64,000 nt of DNA, from NCBI RefSeq assembly GCF_009931435.1, contig NZ_CP043414.1, one strand, 5' to 3'. The first letter of the stretch is position 1. The number at the start of each line of letters is the position of its first letter. Below are positions 29,249-39,474 of the stretch, piece after piece. Source of the stretch: Escherichia coli. GTDB lineage: Bacteria; Pseudomonadota; Gammaproteobacteria; Enterobacterales; Enterobacteriaceae. Below the pieces are notes generated by a model. That model made no database searches, was not told the origin of the DNA, and saw nothing but the letters and a program-made list of their open reading frames with translations. Position numbers and translations under genes: made by a program.

Positions 29249-30361
29249 TTACCTGTCAGTCACCCGATATTCCACGCTATGTGCTTCATCAGGTTGAGGA
29301 ACTTCCAGCCTTGAGGCCATCCGCATCACGACCGCTTCAGGAACGGCATACTCGCGCCTGGCATTTTGCTGCTTCCATTGCGCCCACGGTACTTCCAGAT
29401 AAACGATTTTTACTCGTGCACCGTAAGCCGTAAACAGACTGATGAGCTGGCTACGCAACTGGCGGGTAATGTTCGTTGCATTCCAGATGAACGGCTTCTT
29501 CTGGCGTAAAAAAACGCGCGCTTCTTCTTTTGCCTGTTGCACAATACGCCCGGTGGCGGTTTTGTCGTCCGGACTGGCATTGATTCGCCGCCGCATATCA
29601 TCAAGGCTGATAACGTTCACTCTCTGGCACTGTTCACTGATAAAGCGATCTTTGCCCATACCCGGTAAACCACACAGCAAAATAACCTCAAAAGATTCAG
29701 CCTCCCAGGGAACAAAATCAGGAGAACTTTGTTCATGGGTCAGGTAATGCCAGCGTGCGGAATCCGAAGCGAATGAACGCACTTTTCCCCAGCATTGTTG
29801 CTCCTGGCAAAATAGCTTGAACAGATCGATGCGTTCCAGCATTGATTGCTGATCATGACAATGGCGACCAAGCAGATCGGCACGAGCAAGCAAAGCGAGC
29901 AGACGCGTGTCGATACGCATTGCAGCCGTGAGCAGCAAACGCTCCGGTTCCGGACGTTCCAGTAACCATAGCGGTAACCCATGCAGACGCACCAGTGCAA
30001 CAATTTGCTCGCGTAGCACGAACGGTGTCGGGATATCGCGCCATAAAATTTGTCGGGCCGTCAATTCACCCCGACGAGCATGACCAGGGGACTGAATACG
30101 TCCGTTTTCCTGCACGGTAGTACTGCGCTTTTCAACGTCATGCAATAACGCCGCCGCCCATAAAATTTCCTGCTGCTGAGCGGGGAGTTGCTGAAACTCA
30201 GCCATCGCAACGAGTGCGTTCAGCACCATTTCAGTATGCACACCAACGTCGCCTTCACCATGATGCTCCGGGTCTTGCGGCGTGTTATGCATATCCTCAA
30301 CCCAGCTAAAACGCTGGCGTAGCGTCGACCAGCGTTTGTCGTCGGTAAGTTGCCAAATCAT
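29249..30361 (-). CDS. HD-domain phosphoesterase fused to P-loop NTPase (polynucleotide-kinase-like); predicted RNA/DNA end-healing enzyme
   Basis: 370-aa ORF. N-terminal HD signature: [16 protein letters not shown] (res 31-46), AALLHDVEK (res 70-78), ARADLLGR (res 159-166). C-terminal Walker A GLPGMGKD (res 231-238) and Walker B-like NVISLDD (res 249-255). Start overlaps the stop of the upstream ligase-like ORF by 4 nt. Confidence 0.65.
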   Translation of the reverse strand: MIWQLTDDKRWSTLRQRFSWVEDMHNTPQDPEHHGEGDVGVHTEMVLNALVAMAEFQQLPAQQQEILWAAALLHDVEKRSTTVQENGRIQSPGHARRGELTARQILWRDIPTPFVLREQIVALVRLHGLPLWLLERPEPERLLLTAAMRIDTRLLALLARADLLGRHCHDQQSMLERIDLFKLFCQEQQCWGKVRSFASDSARWHYLTHEQSSPDFVPWEAESFEVILLCGLPGMGKDRFISEQCQRVNVISLDDMRRRINASPDDKTATGRIVQQAKEEARVFLRQKKPFIWNATNITRQLRSQLISLFTAYGARVKIVYLEVPWAQWKQQNARREYAVPEAVVMRMASRLEVPQPDEAHSVEYRVTDR

Positions 30362-31065
30362 GACTGTTCTCCATAAGCGAACTCATGGGCCATCCGCGCC
30401 CGTCGCCAGTGGCGTTTCCAGTGCTCGGTGGTTTTGACATGATTTTTGCGTACATACTTGAAGACGTTATGCGAAAAGTCAGCGACGGAAAACGCATCAC
30501 TATTCCGGCTGACAATGCCTTCCAGCGTACAGGGTTGCCCGGTTTGCGTATCCCAGGGATCGAACGCGCCGCGCGCATTGGTCAGCGCCAGAAAATCACG
30601 TTGCCAGCTTTTTTCATCATTCCCCGGCTGCGGGCCGGAGATTTCGGGAACGCAGGGGAAATCAAACAGAGCGGCGTAAAACTGCACCTCTTCCCAGCTC
30701 AGCCACATATCCTGGCAGCGAACGGCAAACAGATAAAAATCCTGCTCCAGGGCGCGATATTCAATCGAATGAACGGCATAAAGATTTTCACCAAACAACT
30801 CCAGATCGCCGAGATCGTTTTTCAGCGATTGCCAGCGTTGGCGAATTTTATAGGTCCATGCCGATTCCGTTGGCGCGGCATGGGAACGGGCAAACACGCC
30901 GAAGCGATTAAGACAGTTATTTTCGCCGTCGAGTTTTTCAGTATGTACCAACTGCGAAATTGCCTGCATATCTTGCCAGTAACTGGCGTTAATGCGGTCA
31001 TCGCTGGTGGTGCCAGGGGAGAAGGGATAATGCCAGGTTCTCCCGTATTTACGTTGGATAATCAT
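30358..31065 (-). CDS. Rnl2-like ATP-dependent RNA ligase (nucleotidyltransferase domain only)
   Basis: 235-aa ORF with candidate covalent-nucleotidyltransferase motifs in canonical order and spacing: I KLDG (K44), III LFGE (90-93), IV EGIV (182-185), V KYVRK (203-207). First gene of a 2-gene operon. Confidence 0.6.
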   Translation of the reverse strand: MIIQRKYGRTWHYPFSPGTTSDDRINASYWQDMQAISQLVHTEKLDGENNCLNRFGVFARSHAAPTESAWTYKIRQRWQSLKNDLGDLELFGENLYAVHSIEYRALEQDFYLFAVRCQDMWLSWEEVQFYAALFDFPCVPEISGPQPGNDEKSWQRDFLALTNARGAFDPWDTQTGQPCTLEGIVSRNSDAFSVADFSHNVFKYVRKNHVKTTEHWKRHWRRARMAHEFAYGEQS

Positions 31066-31291
31066 AATAATCCATTATTTTGTGTGTAATAAATGTACGC
31101 CCGCGTGGGTGCGAGTTATGGGGTTAAAAGAAAAATGTGAGTATCACCCGCGAAAGCGAGGGCGAAGAAAAAAGAGAGTTAACAACCTGAGCGAATGCTC
31201 AGAACCGATTAATGGTGAATGGAAGAGTTTGGGGCGGCGAAAAGATACACCGTTTGAGATGATAAAACAACCGTTTACAGAATGAGCAAAT

Positions 31292-31312
31292 AAAAAGGGA
31301 GCCGCAGCTCCC
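31292..31312 (-). terminator. Rho-independent terminator of emrB
   Basis: gggagc-cgca-gctccc hairpin; on the minus strand it is followed by TTTTT, about 10 nt after the emrB stop. Confidence 0.55.
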
Positions 31313-31322
31313 TTTGACAACC

Positions 31323-32861
31323 TTAGTGCGCACCGCCTCCGCCGCCACCTGCGCCAAATGGCGGTTTAGCAAACCACACCAGCCCCAGCAGGACGAGGAA
31401 TATCCCGGCTGACATCCAGAAGATCTCATTGGCGGAAATAATCAGCCCCTGATTAGTGATCTGCTGGGCAATCCAGCCTGATGCCTGTTGTTGCGTCATC
31501 CCCAGCCCTTCCAGTTGGCTGTACATCGCCTGAGCGTTCGGGTTAAACGGGTTTACCGACTCGGTTAACTGTGCGTGGTGCATCGACTCGCGGTTGGTCC
31601 ACATAGTCGTCGTAATGGACGTGCCGATAGATCCCGCCAGCGTTCGCGTAAAGTTGGAGAGACTCGATGCCGCCGCCAGTCGTTCCGGTGGCAAACCGGA
31701 CAGCGTAATGGTGGTCAGCGGCATAAAGAAGCAGGCCACCGCGAAGCCCTGGATAAACTGCGGCCAGGCCGACGCACCAAAATCCATACCCGGTTCAAAG
31801 GTATAGGCACGCCAGTAGAAGCAGACGGCATACATAATAAAGCTGAAGGTTACCAGCCGCCGCATATCCAGTTTATGCGCGAAGCGGCCGATAATCGGCG
31901 ACAGGATCACCGGAATAATCCCTACCGGCGCAGAGGCAAGCCCCGCCCAGGTTGCTGTATAGCCGTAGACTTCTTGCAATAACTGCGGCAGCAGAACAAT
32001 CGCGCCGAAGTAGAGCATATACGCGAGGCTGATACACAAGCAGCCGATGGTGAAGTTGCGCGACTTAAACAACGACAGATCGACTATAGGGTTATCGTCG
32101 GTCAGCTCCCAGACAATCAGGAAGCTGATAGCCACCACCGCCACCACGGTGAGGATGATAATTTCCTGTGATGAAAACCAGTCCAGCTCTTTACCCCGGT
32201 CGAGCATAATCTGCAGGCTGCCGATACCAATCACCAGCAGTGCCAGCCCCACGGCATCAATCCGCCGCCGTTCGGTGCGGGTTTCGCGTCCGCGCAGGGT
32301 TTGCAGTGTCATCAACACCACCGCCACGCCAATCGGCACGTTGATGAAGAATATCCAGCCCCAGTGGTAATTATCGCTGATATAACCGCCGAGGATCGGG
32401 CCGCAAATTGGCGCGACAATCACCGTCATCGACCACAACGCCAGCGCGATCGAGCGTTTGGCTGGCGGGTAGTTATTCAGCAATAGACTTTGCGAAAGCG
32501 GGATCAACGGCCCGGCGACAATTCCCTGAATCACGCGGAAGAAGATCAGCATATTCAGGCTGCTGGAGACACCACATGCCCACGATGCAATAGCGAAGGC
32601 GATGGTCGACCAGAGGAACAGCTTCACTTCCCCAACACGTTTTGCCAGCCAGCCGGTAAGCGGGATCGAGATGGCATTCGCCACCCCGAAAGAAGTGATT
32701 ACCCACGTTCCCTGGCTGAGCGATGAGCCCAGGTTTCCGGCGATAGTGGGGATCGCTACGTTAGCAATGGTGGAGTCCAGCACCTGCATGAATGTCGCCA
32801 GTGACAGCGCAATTGTCATAATGACCAGTTGCGCGCCTTCCAGCGGTTTTTGCTGTTGCAT
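31323..32861 (-). CDS. emrB: Multidrug efflux MFS transporter, permease subunit
   Basis: Track ORF 31323-32870; ATG at 32861 gives MQQQKPLEGAQLVIMTIALSLATFMQVLD..., 512 aa, 14-TM MFS. Confidence 0.93.
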   Translation of the reverse strand: MQQQKPLEGAQLVIMTIALSLATFMQVLDSTIANVAIPTIAGNLGSSLSQGTWVITSFGVANAISIPLTGWLAKRVGEVKLFLWSTIAFAIASWACGVSSSLNMLIFFRVIQGIVAGPLIPLSQSLLLNNYPPAKRSIALALWSMTVIVAPICGPILGGYISDNYHWGWIFFINVPIGVAVVLMTLQTLRGRETRTERRRIDAVGLALLVIGIGSLQIMLDRGKELDWFSSQEIIILTVVAVVAISFLIVWELTDDNPIVDLSLFKSRNFTIGCLCISLAYMLYFGAIVLLPQLLQEVYGYTATWAGLASAPVGIIPVILSPIIGRFAHKLDMRRLVTFSFIMYAVCFYWRAYTFEPGMDFGASAWPQFIQGFAVACFFMPLTTITLSGLPPERLAAASSLSNFTRTLAGSIGTSITTTMWTNRESMHHAQLTESVNPFNPNAQAMYSQLEGLGMTQQQASGWIAQQITNQGLIISANEIFWMSAGIFLVLLGLVWFAKPPFGAGGGGGGAH

Positions 32862-32877
32862 CACACGCACCTCTGGA

Positions 32878-34050
32878 TTAGCCAGCGTTAGCTTTTACGA
32901 TATCGTCGATCAGTTTATTGACAGGTGCCAGGCTGATTTCACGCGCGGTACTTACCGCAACCGGTGTGGAACGTACTTTATTTGCCAGTACCTGACCGTC
33001 ACGGTTAGTGGTATTGACGCTCACCAGCGTGGATAAACCGATACGCAGCGGGTATTGCTCCAGCTGTTTCTGGTCCAGTTCAATACGAACAGGCAGACGC
33101 TGAACGACTTTGATCCAGTTACCGGTAGCATTTTGCGCCGGAAGCAGTGAGAACGCGCTACCTGTGCCCATATCCAGACCAACCACTTTACCGGTGTATT
33201 TCACATCATCGCCGTAAATATCGGTGGTGATAGTGACCGGCTGACCGATACGCATATTGGCAATCTGCGTCTCTTTAAAGTTGGCATCCACCCACATATT
33301 GGTGGCTGGAACGACCGCCATCAGCGGCGTCGTTGGGCTAATTTGTGCCCCAGGCTGTACCGCGCGGCGGGAGACATAACCGGTCATCGGACTGACAATA
33401 CGGGTACGCTCCAGCGCCAGCCAGGCGTTACGTACTTCGGTGGCAGCCTGTTGCACGGCAGGCTGATCTTCCAGTTTAGTCCCCAGAATCATCGCCTGAT
33501 TGGCATTGTATTGTTGAATAGCGACGTCCAGTTGCGCCTGGGCACTGGTGACGGCGTCGCGGGCGTGTTGCAGCTCTTCGCGACCAATCAGGTTGGCATT
33601 GCCCAGCGGCACACGGCGGTTGTAGTCGCTTTGTGCTTTCGCGAGGGCGATTTTCTGCACCTCAATATTCGCCTGCAACTGCTTGCTGTTAATCATCAGC
33701 TGGTGGGTTTGGCGAACGCTGGAAGCCAGTGCCGTTTTGGCTTTTTCAAACGCCTGGCGAGCATCTGTCGGGTCGAGAGTGACCAGAACATCGCCTTCTT
33801 TTACAAAATCGGTGTTATCGGCCCAGACTTTCGTCACGCTGCCAGACACCTGAGACATAATTTGAATCTGATTCCCTGCCACGTATGCGTCATCGGTTTC
33901 TTCGAAATGACGCAGTACCAAAAACCAATAAATCCCTATCGCTACGGCAATAATTATAAAGAGCAAGGTGAGAAGGAGGAGCAGACGCTTACGTTTGCCG
34001 CTCTTCTTTACCGGTTGCTGCGGGGTTTGAGTCTCCGCATTTGCGCTCAT
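32878..34050 (-). CDS. emrA: Multidrug efflux periplasmic adaptor (membrane fusion protein)
   Basis: Track ORF from GTG at 34062; ATG at 34050 gives MSANAETQTPQQPVKKSGKRKR..., 390 aa. Confidence 0.93.
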   Translation of the reverse strand: MSANAETQTPQQPVKKSGKRKRLLLLLTLLFIIIAVAIGIYWFLVLRHFEETDDAYVAGNQIQIMSQVSGSVTKVWADNTDFVKEGDVLVTLDPTDARQAFEKAKTALASSVRQTHQLMINSKQLQANIEVQKIALAKAQSDYNRRVPLGNANLIGREELQHARDAVTSAQAQLDVAIQQYNANQAMILGTKLEDQPAVQQAATEVRNAWLALERTRIVSPMTGYVSRRAVQPGAQISPTTPLMAVVPATNMWVDANFKETQIANMRIGQPVTITTDIYGDDVKYTGKVVGLDMGTGSAFSLLPAQNATGNWIKVVQRLPVRIELDQKQLEQYPLRIGLSTLVSVNTTNRDGQVLANKVRSTPVAVSTAREISLAPVNKLIDDIVKANAG

Positions 34051-34176
34051 ATTGTTCTCCACGATCTTCTTAACTCATCGGCTGAGCCGACCTGCTTGCC
34101 AAAAAGGCCAGCATGTTGCGATGCTGGCCAGTCATTTTTTCTTTTATAAATCTGGATTTTTGAGCGAGATGACGCG

Positions 34177-34707
34177 TTAGCTCATCGCTTCGAGAACCAC
34201 ACCGTCTTGTTCCATCTGGTCGAGACGGGAGAGCAATTTGCGGGTGATTTGCTCGAGCTGATCTTTTTCTGTTGTGCTGAGCGCGGACCAGAGTTGATGC
34301 AGGCAATTATGCTGCGGTGGTAAAACCTCGCGCAAAAACTCGTGACCTTTTTCCGTTAATTGCAGATGCAGGCAGCGGCGATCGTTATCGCTTTCACGAC
34401 GTTCGATCCAACCGCGTTTTTCCAGTTCATCGGCAATACGCGTCGCGTTGGTACGGGATGATCCAAGAGCACAACTCAATTCAGAAGGCTGAATACTGTG
34501 GTTTTCCTGAGACTCCAGCGTAATCAACGCCATAAACAACGTCTCGTTAATCCCCTGAGCCTTCAGCATTTTATTGCGGTTCTCCAGCAGCTTGCTTTGC
34601 ATATGCATGCAAAGACGGGTCAGAAGGATCTCCTGATAAGGAAAATCTTCGTGGCGGCTGGCGCGAAATTTTAGCATTTGTTCAATGGGCGTAAACGAAC
34701 TATCCAT
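34177..34707 (-). CDS. mprA: MarR-family transcriptional repressor of emrAB
   Basis: 176-aa ORF with winged-HTH, directly upstream of emrA. Confidence 0.92.
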
Positions 34708-34797
34708 TTGGGTATGACCTCATTAATTTCAGCCGATATAGTAACGACAGTGACAAATAAAGTAAATGTATTGTTTTAGAAAAATGATTCTTGTGGG

Positions 34798-35133
34798 TTA
34801 TATAATCGCCATCACTTTCCAGGCGAGCCCATAGGCCAGCGCACTAAGCAGTGTTGGGATGATAATGCTGCGTGTTTTATAGAAACTGGCACCCAGTACC
34901 GCGAAGCCGACCAGAGTGGGCACGAAACGGCGTGTATCGTGCATCACTTCTGGTGCGGTAGAGACAACCAGCAGAGCGCATATCGAGGCGATGCCAATGG
35001 TGTCGAGCAAAATACCTACCGCGCCACGTTTGGTTGGGCGGGCATTACCCACACGCAGGCGCAGCGGCAAATAGCGGAAGCAATAATTCGCCGCGCCAAC
35101 CAGTAACCCAAGCAGCAGAACCTCATAGCTCAT
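34798..35133 (-). CDS. ygaH: AzlD-like small membrane subunit of L-valine exporter
   Basis: 111-aa hydrophobic ORF overlapping ygaZ stop; synteny. Confidence 0.88.
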   Translation of the reverse strand: MSYEVLLLGLLVGAANYCFRYLPLRLRVGNARPTKRGAVGILLDTIGIASICALLVVSTAPEVMHDTRRFVPTLVGFAVLGASFYKTRSIIIPTLLSALAYGLAWKVMAII

Positions 35134-35860
35134 CGGGCGCTCCTTGCCAGAATGCCTGGATTAACGCAGTGAGGCAGCCACAGACAATGCCTGCCAGAAT
35201 GGCGACGGGAATAGAAAATAGCGTTATGCCTGCAAGGGCACCAACTAACGCTGCGGTAACGCAAAGAGATTGTTTGCGCTGGAAAGAGGCGAGCAGGAAA
35301 CTCATAAAGAGTGCCGGAAGCATAAAACCTAATGCTGCTTCAACGGCGGGATATCCTTGCAGCAAGCCGCTGCCGGAGAATGCCCCTATTACCGTACCAA
35401 ATACCCACGATGACCATGAACTGAAGGCAATGCCGATCATCCAGTTCTCGCTCCAGCGGCGATTATTGCGTACCAGTTTTGCGGTTGCGGCGGCAAAAAC
35501 CTCATCCGTCAGGCCAAACGCCCACAGGGCAGTTTTCGATTTTTGCAGACGCTGAATAATACGGCTACGCAGTGACGGGCCATACAAAACATGGCGAACA
35601 TCCATTGCCATGACGGTCAGTGCAGCAACCCACAAACTACTCCCGGCTGCCAGCATCGCGGTAATGACGAACTGGCTCGCGCCTGCATAAATGATGCAGG
35701 AGAAAAAAACGCTTTCGAGAGGAGAGAATCCCAGACGGGTCGCATTCAGACCGAACGCAAAGGCCACCGGAATATAACTAATAACAATCGGTAAACTGTC
35801 TTTGCATCCTTCCATGAAGGTCGCCGAACCAGGAGCAGGCTGTGGAGTAGGGCTTTCCAT
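35123..35860 (-). CDS. ygaZ: AzlC-family membrane subunit of L-valine exporter
   Basis: 245-aa polytopic ORF; synteny with ygaH and mprA. Confidence 0.88.
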   Translation of the reverse strand: MESPTPQPAPGSATFMEGCKDSLPIVISYIPVAFAFGLNATRLGFSPLESVFFSCIIYAGASQFVITAMLAAGSSLWVAALTVMAMDVRHVLYGPSLRSRIIQRLQKSKTALWAFGLTDEVFAAATAKLVRNNRRWSENWMIGIAFSSWSSWVFGTVIGAFSGSGLLQGYPAVEAALGFMLPALFMSFLLASFQRKQSLCVTAALVGALAGITLFSIPVAILAGIVCGCLTALIQAFWQGAPDEL

Positions 35861-35983
35861 AGAGTGTACGCTTAACGATTGTTAATATTATAAATAGACT
35901 GAATGAATATCTTAACCTTATCAGACTGATGGGCTTCTTAACACCCTTATAAGTGTAAAGCCACGAAAACGGTTGCTGATTGC

Positions 35984-37168
35984 TTAAATTGCGGCTTCCT
36001 GACGATGAAAACCTCGCCACCAGACCAGTAAGTTAACCAGGGCAATCGTCGCGCCAGCCAGACAAACGCCAGCCCAACCGCCATGTTGCCAGGCTGAGGC
36101 TGAAATTAGCGAACCGGCGGCACCGCCAATAAAGTAGCTGGTCATGTAACCTGCAGTCAGGCGATTACGCGCATCAGGGTGTATTCGATAAATTACCGTC
36201 TGGTTAGTGATATGCACGCCCTGCACGGTGAGATCCAGCACCAGGATGCCGATAATCAAGGCCAGTACGGAAGTGTGACCAAACCAGATCGCCAGCCATG
36301 AAAGTAACAGCAGCAGCAGACCGAAAGTTGTGGTGTGGTGCGATTTGCCCTTATCGGCAAAACCGCCCGCCGGACGAGCGCCCAACGCTCCGGCAGCTCC
36401 CGCGAGTCCAAACAGACCAATTACGCCATCGCTGTAATTAAAAGGCGGAGCGGCGAGCAAAAAGGCCATTGAGGTCCAGAGAATGCTGAAGTTGGCAAAG
36501 GTCAGGCAGCCCAGCAACGCGCGGGTGCGCAGAATTTTATCGCTGATAAACATGCTGAAAACGGAACCAAGCAACTGTGGGTAGTTGAGGTGGGTTTCTG
36601 ATTTCATTTGTGGCAGACCACGCCATAATGCCAGCGCCATCAGTGCCATTAACACCGAGGCAACCCAAAAGACGGTGCGCCAGCCGCCGAGGTTTGCCAG
36701 CAACCCGGCAACGGTTCGTGCCAGCAAGATCCCCAACAGCAGCCCGCTCATAATGGTGCCGACCACTTTGCCGCGTTTGTCCGGTGAAGCCAGCGTCGCT
36801 GCCAGCGGAACCAGAATTTGTGCCACGACCGAGAATAAACCGGTTAATGCCGTACCGAGGATCATCATCGCCAGCGACTGACTGCTGGCGGTAATCAACA
36901 TACCGCCCGCTGCCAGTAAGGTCATCGAGACAATCAGGCGGCGGCGTTCAAACACATCACCGAGGGGAACAAGAAACAGCAGACCTGCGGCATAGCCCAA
37001 CTGCGCGGCGGTAACAATAAAGCCCGCCGAACTGGCGGAAAGGGAAAAGTTACGCGCGATGGTGTCGAGTAATGGCTGGGCGTAATAGTTACTGGCTACC
37101 GCCAGACCGGTGGCGATAGACATCAGCACGATCAGTGCCGGGCTAAGCTCATGATTAGGTTTAGTCAT
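35984..37168 (-). CDS. ygaY: MFS transporter (intact; recalled as a pseudogene in K-12)
   Basis: 394-aa uninterrupted 12-TM-like ORF between ygaZ and proX. Confidence 0.8.
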   Translation of the reverse strand: MTKPNHELSPALIVLMSIATGLAVASNYYAQPLLDTIARNFSLSASSAGFIVTAAQLGYAAGLLFLVPLGDVFERRRLIVSMTLLAAGGMLITASSQSLAMMILGTALTGLFSVVAQILVPLAATLASPDKRGKVVGTIMSGLLLGILLARTVAGLLANLGGWRTVFWVASVLMALMALALWRGLPQMKSETHLNYPQLLGSVFSMFISDKILRTRALLGCLTFANFSILWTSMAFLLAAPPFNYSDGVIGLFGLAGAAGALGARPAGGFADKGKSHHTTTFGLLLLLLSWLAIWFGHTSVLALIIGILVLDLTVQGVHITNQTVIYRIHPDARNRLTAGYMTSYFIGGAAGSLISASAWQHGGWAGVCLAGATIALVNLLVWWRGFHRQEAAI

Positions 37169-37267
37169 TATTTTTGTTCATCAGGTGATGATTAAGCTGG
37201 AAATCAATAATAGCGGATGTTGATGAATATGGGATGAAAGATAGATTGTTGAAATGTGCGGTGTGGT

Positions 37268-37350
37268 TTGTAGGCATGATAAGACGCGGCCGCATCGCAT
37301 CAGGCATTGTGTACAGAGTGGCGGATGAGGCAAAAGCGCCTTATCCGCCC
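37268..37350. repeat. REP-like palindromic element between ygaY and proX
   Basis: gtaggcatgataagacgcggccgcatcgcatcaggc ... gcggatgaggcaaaagcgccttatccgc. Confidence 0.45.
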
Positions 37351-37359
37351 GAATAAAAA

Positions 37360-38352
37360 TTACTTCTGCGCTGCCAGCGCCTCATTCACCCAGCCATCGA
37401 ACTGCTGCTGGTGGGCTTTGATCCAGCCATCAACGTGTCCCTGAATATCGCCTTCTGAGGCTTTGCCGTCATGCATGATGGCGTTCTGGGCGTTAATGTC
37501 TGCCACCGGCAACTGCATAATGGCAAACAGTTTCGCTGCTGCCGGGTTTTTCTCGGCCCAGGCTTTGTTGGCAACGATATGCATGGTACTGACCGGGAAG
37601 CCGTAATTCGCGCCATTCGGCAGTTTGGTATCGGCATTTTTATCGCCCGGCAGTGCGGAGAACGGCACCTGCAACCAGACCACATCTTTCCCCGGTTTCA
37701 GTTCGTTACTCACCCAGTACGGCGTCCAGGTGTAGTAAAACACCGGCTTACCCTCTTTGTAACGACTGATGGTGTCAGCCATCATCGCTGCGTAGTTCCC
37801 CTGATTATGGGTTACGGTATTGGTCAGTCCATACGCGGCAAGCTGGTGGTTGATCGCACCTTCGCAGCCCCAGCCTGGGTTACAGCCGGTTAAATCCGCT
37901 TTACCGTCGCCGTTGGTATCGAACAGTTTGGCGATCTTCGGATCTTTCAGTTGCGCGATGTTGGTGATTTTGTACTGGTCGGCGGTTTTCTTATCGATCA
38001 GGTAACCCTGTGCCGCGCCGTTAACGAATACCCCTTCACGATAAAATTTCTTATCGCCACCGGCAGCTTCGTACATGTTGTCATGCAGCGGCGTCCAGTT
38101 CACGGCGGTGAAGGTTGCATCGCCGGAAGCAAGTGAGGTGTAGCCAACGTTGTAATCCACTTCGCTGGGTTTATTGACGGTATAACCTAATTTCTCCAGT
38201 GCACGACTGACCAGCAGCGTCTGGAAGGTTTCTTCAGTGATGGTGCTCTGAACTGGATTAACAGTAATACCTTTGCCCGGCAGATCGGCAGCAAAAGTTT
38301 GTGTAGAGATAAGCGTGGCAAACGCTGTCGCAAAAAGTACGCTATGTCGCAT
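37360..38352 (-). CDS. proX: Glycine betaine/proline ABC transporter periplasmic binding protein
   Basis: Track ORF to 38394; ATG at 38352 gives [31 protein letters not shown]... (signal peptide), 330 aa. Confidence 0.93.
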   Translation of the reverse strand: MRHSVLFATAFATLISTQTFAADLPGKGITVNPVQSTITEETFQTLLVSRALEKLGYTVNKPSEVDYNVGYTSLASGDATFTAVNWTPLHDNMYEAAGGDKKFYREGVFVNGAAQGYLIDKKTADQYKITNIAQLKDPKIAKLFDTNGDGKADLTGCNPGWGCEGAINHQLAAYGLTNTVTHNQGNYAAMMADTISRYKEGKPVFYYTWTPYWVSNELKPGKDVVWLQVPFSALPGDKNADTKLPNGANYGFPVSTMHIVANKAWAEKNPAAAKLFAIMQLPVADINAQNAIMHDGKASEGDIQGHVDGWIKAHQQQFDGWVNEALAAQK

Positions 38353-38409
38353 TGTTATTCCTTTTTTTGGCAGGGTGAAAATGCCCGGCGTCACCGGGCA
38401 AGTGCAGAG

Positions 38410-39474
38410 TTACTTAATGAATGGGCGGGTCAGCAGACCGACAGGGCCAGTGGTGTACCAGCGACGGTTGCCGCGACTGCGTGAGTCGCGCCCAACGGCC
38501 TGCGTCAGGCGGTCGAGGATAATGGCGAGGATCACAATCCCGACGCCGCCAACGGTGGCAAGCCCCATATCCAGACGACCGATACCGCGAAGTACCATCT
38601 GACCCAGCCCGCCGACGGCAATCATCGAGGCGATGACCACCATAGAAAGGGCCAGCATCAGCGTCTGGTTAACGCCCGCCATTATGGTCGGCATCGCCAG
38701 CGGTAACTGAACTTTGAACAGCATTTGACGCGGGCTGGCACCGAATGAGCGCGAGGCTTCAATTAAATCCGCCGGAACCTGATTAATACCAAGAATCGTC
38801 AGACGGATAATCGGCGGCAGAGCAAAGATTATAGTCACCACTACGCCCGGCACGTTGCCGATACCAAACAGCATGACGATTGGCACCAGATAAACAAACG
38901 CTGGCGTGGTCTGCATGGCATCAAGCAGTGGACGAATAATTTTCGCCGCTCGCGGACTTCTCGCCAGCCAGATCCCCAACGGCAAACCTATGACGATACA
39001 GAACAGCAGGGCGGTTAACACCAGCGCCAGGGTAACCATGGCCTGCGACCAGGCACCGATTGCGCCGATGGCAATCAGCGAAACCAGAGTCGCCACGCCC
39101 ATTCCGACCCCGGAAATCTGCCAGGCGATGAGAGCGAAAACGATAATCGCCACCGGCGCGGGCATACCCAGCAGCAATTGCTGGAAACCGTTGAGGATGT
39201 AATCAACCGGAACGCGCACGCCCTGAAAGACGGGACGAAAATGGGTAACGACCCAGTCGATCCCTTCAGTGACCCAACTGTCGAGCGGGATTAGCGTTTT
39301 ATGGAACGGATCGAGAATATTAAAATGCTCGACGTTTGGCGCAGGCGTACTGGTCAGCCAGTCAGCGCCACCGCCGTCAGTCGGTGCAGTCGCCGGTGTA
39401 CCCCAGGCGTCTGCAGATTGTGCAGCACTGTCCGCCGCTGGCGTGGTATCCCACGGATTATTTTGATCAGCCAT
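38410..39474 (-). CDS. proW: Glycine betaine/proline ABC transporter permease
   Basis: 354-aa ORF, 8-nt overlap with proV. Confidence 0.93.
   Translation of the reverse strand: MADQNNPWDTTPAADSAAQSADAWGTPATAPTDGGGADWLTSTPAPNVEHFNILDPFHKTLIPLDSWVTEGIDWVVTHFRPVFQGVRVPVDYILNGFQQLLLGMPAPVAIIVFALIAWQISGVGMGVATLVSLIAIGAIGAWSQAMVTLALVLTALLFCIVIGLPLGIWLARSPRAAKIIRPLLDAMQTTPAFVYLVPIVMLFGIGNVPGVVVTIIFALPPIIRLTILGINQVPADLIEASRSFGASPRQMLFKVQLPLAMPTIMAGVNQTLMLALSMVVIASMIAVGGLGQMVLRGIGRLDMGLATVGGVGIVILAIILDRLTQAVGRDSRSRGNRRWYTTGPVGLLTRPFIK

Noticed and set aside
30385-31089. 234-aa plus-strand ORF
   Set aside because: Mirror image of the ligase-like ORF; the minus-strand frame carries the ordered KLDG/FGE/EGIV/KxxxK motifs and is translationally coupled to the downstream gene, so the plus-strand frame is taken as an artefact.
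33343-34149. 268-aa plus-strand ORF
   Set aside because: Antisense to emrA, which matches the expected adaptor protein over its whole length.
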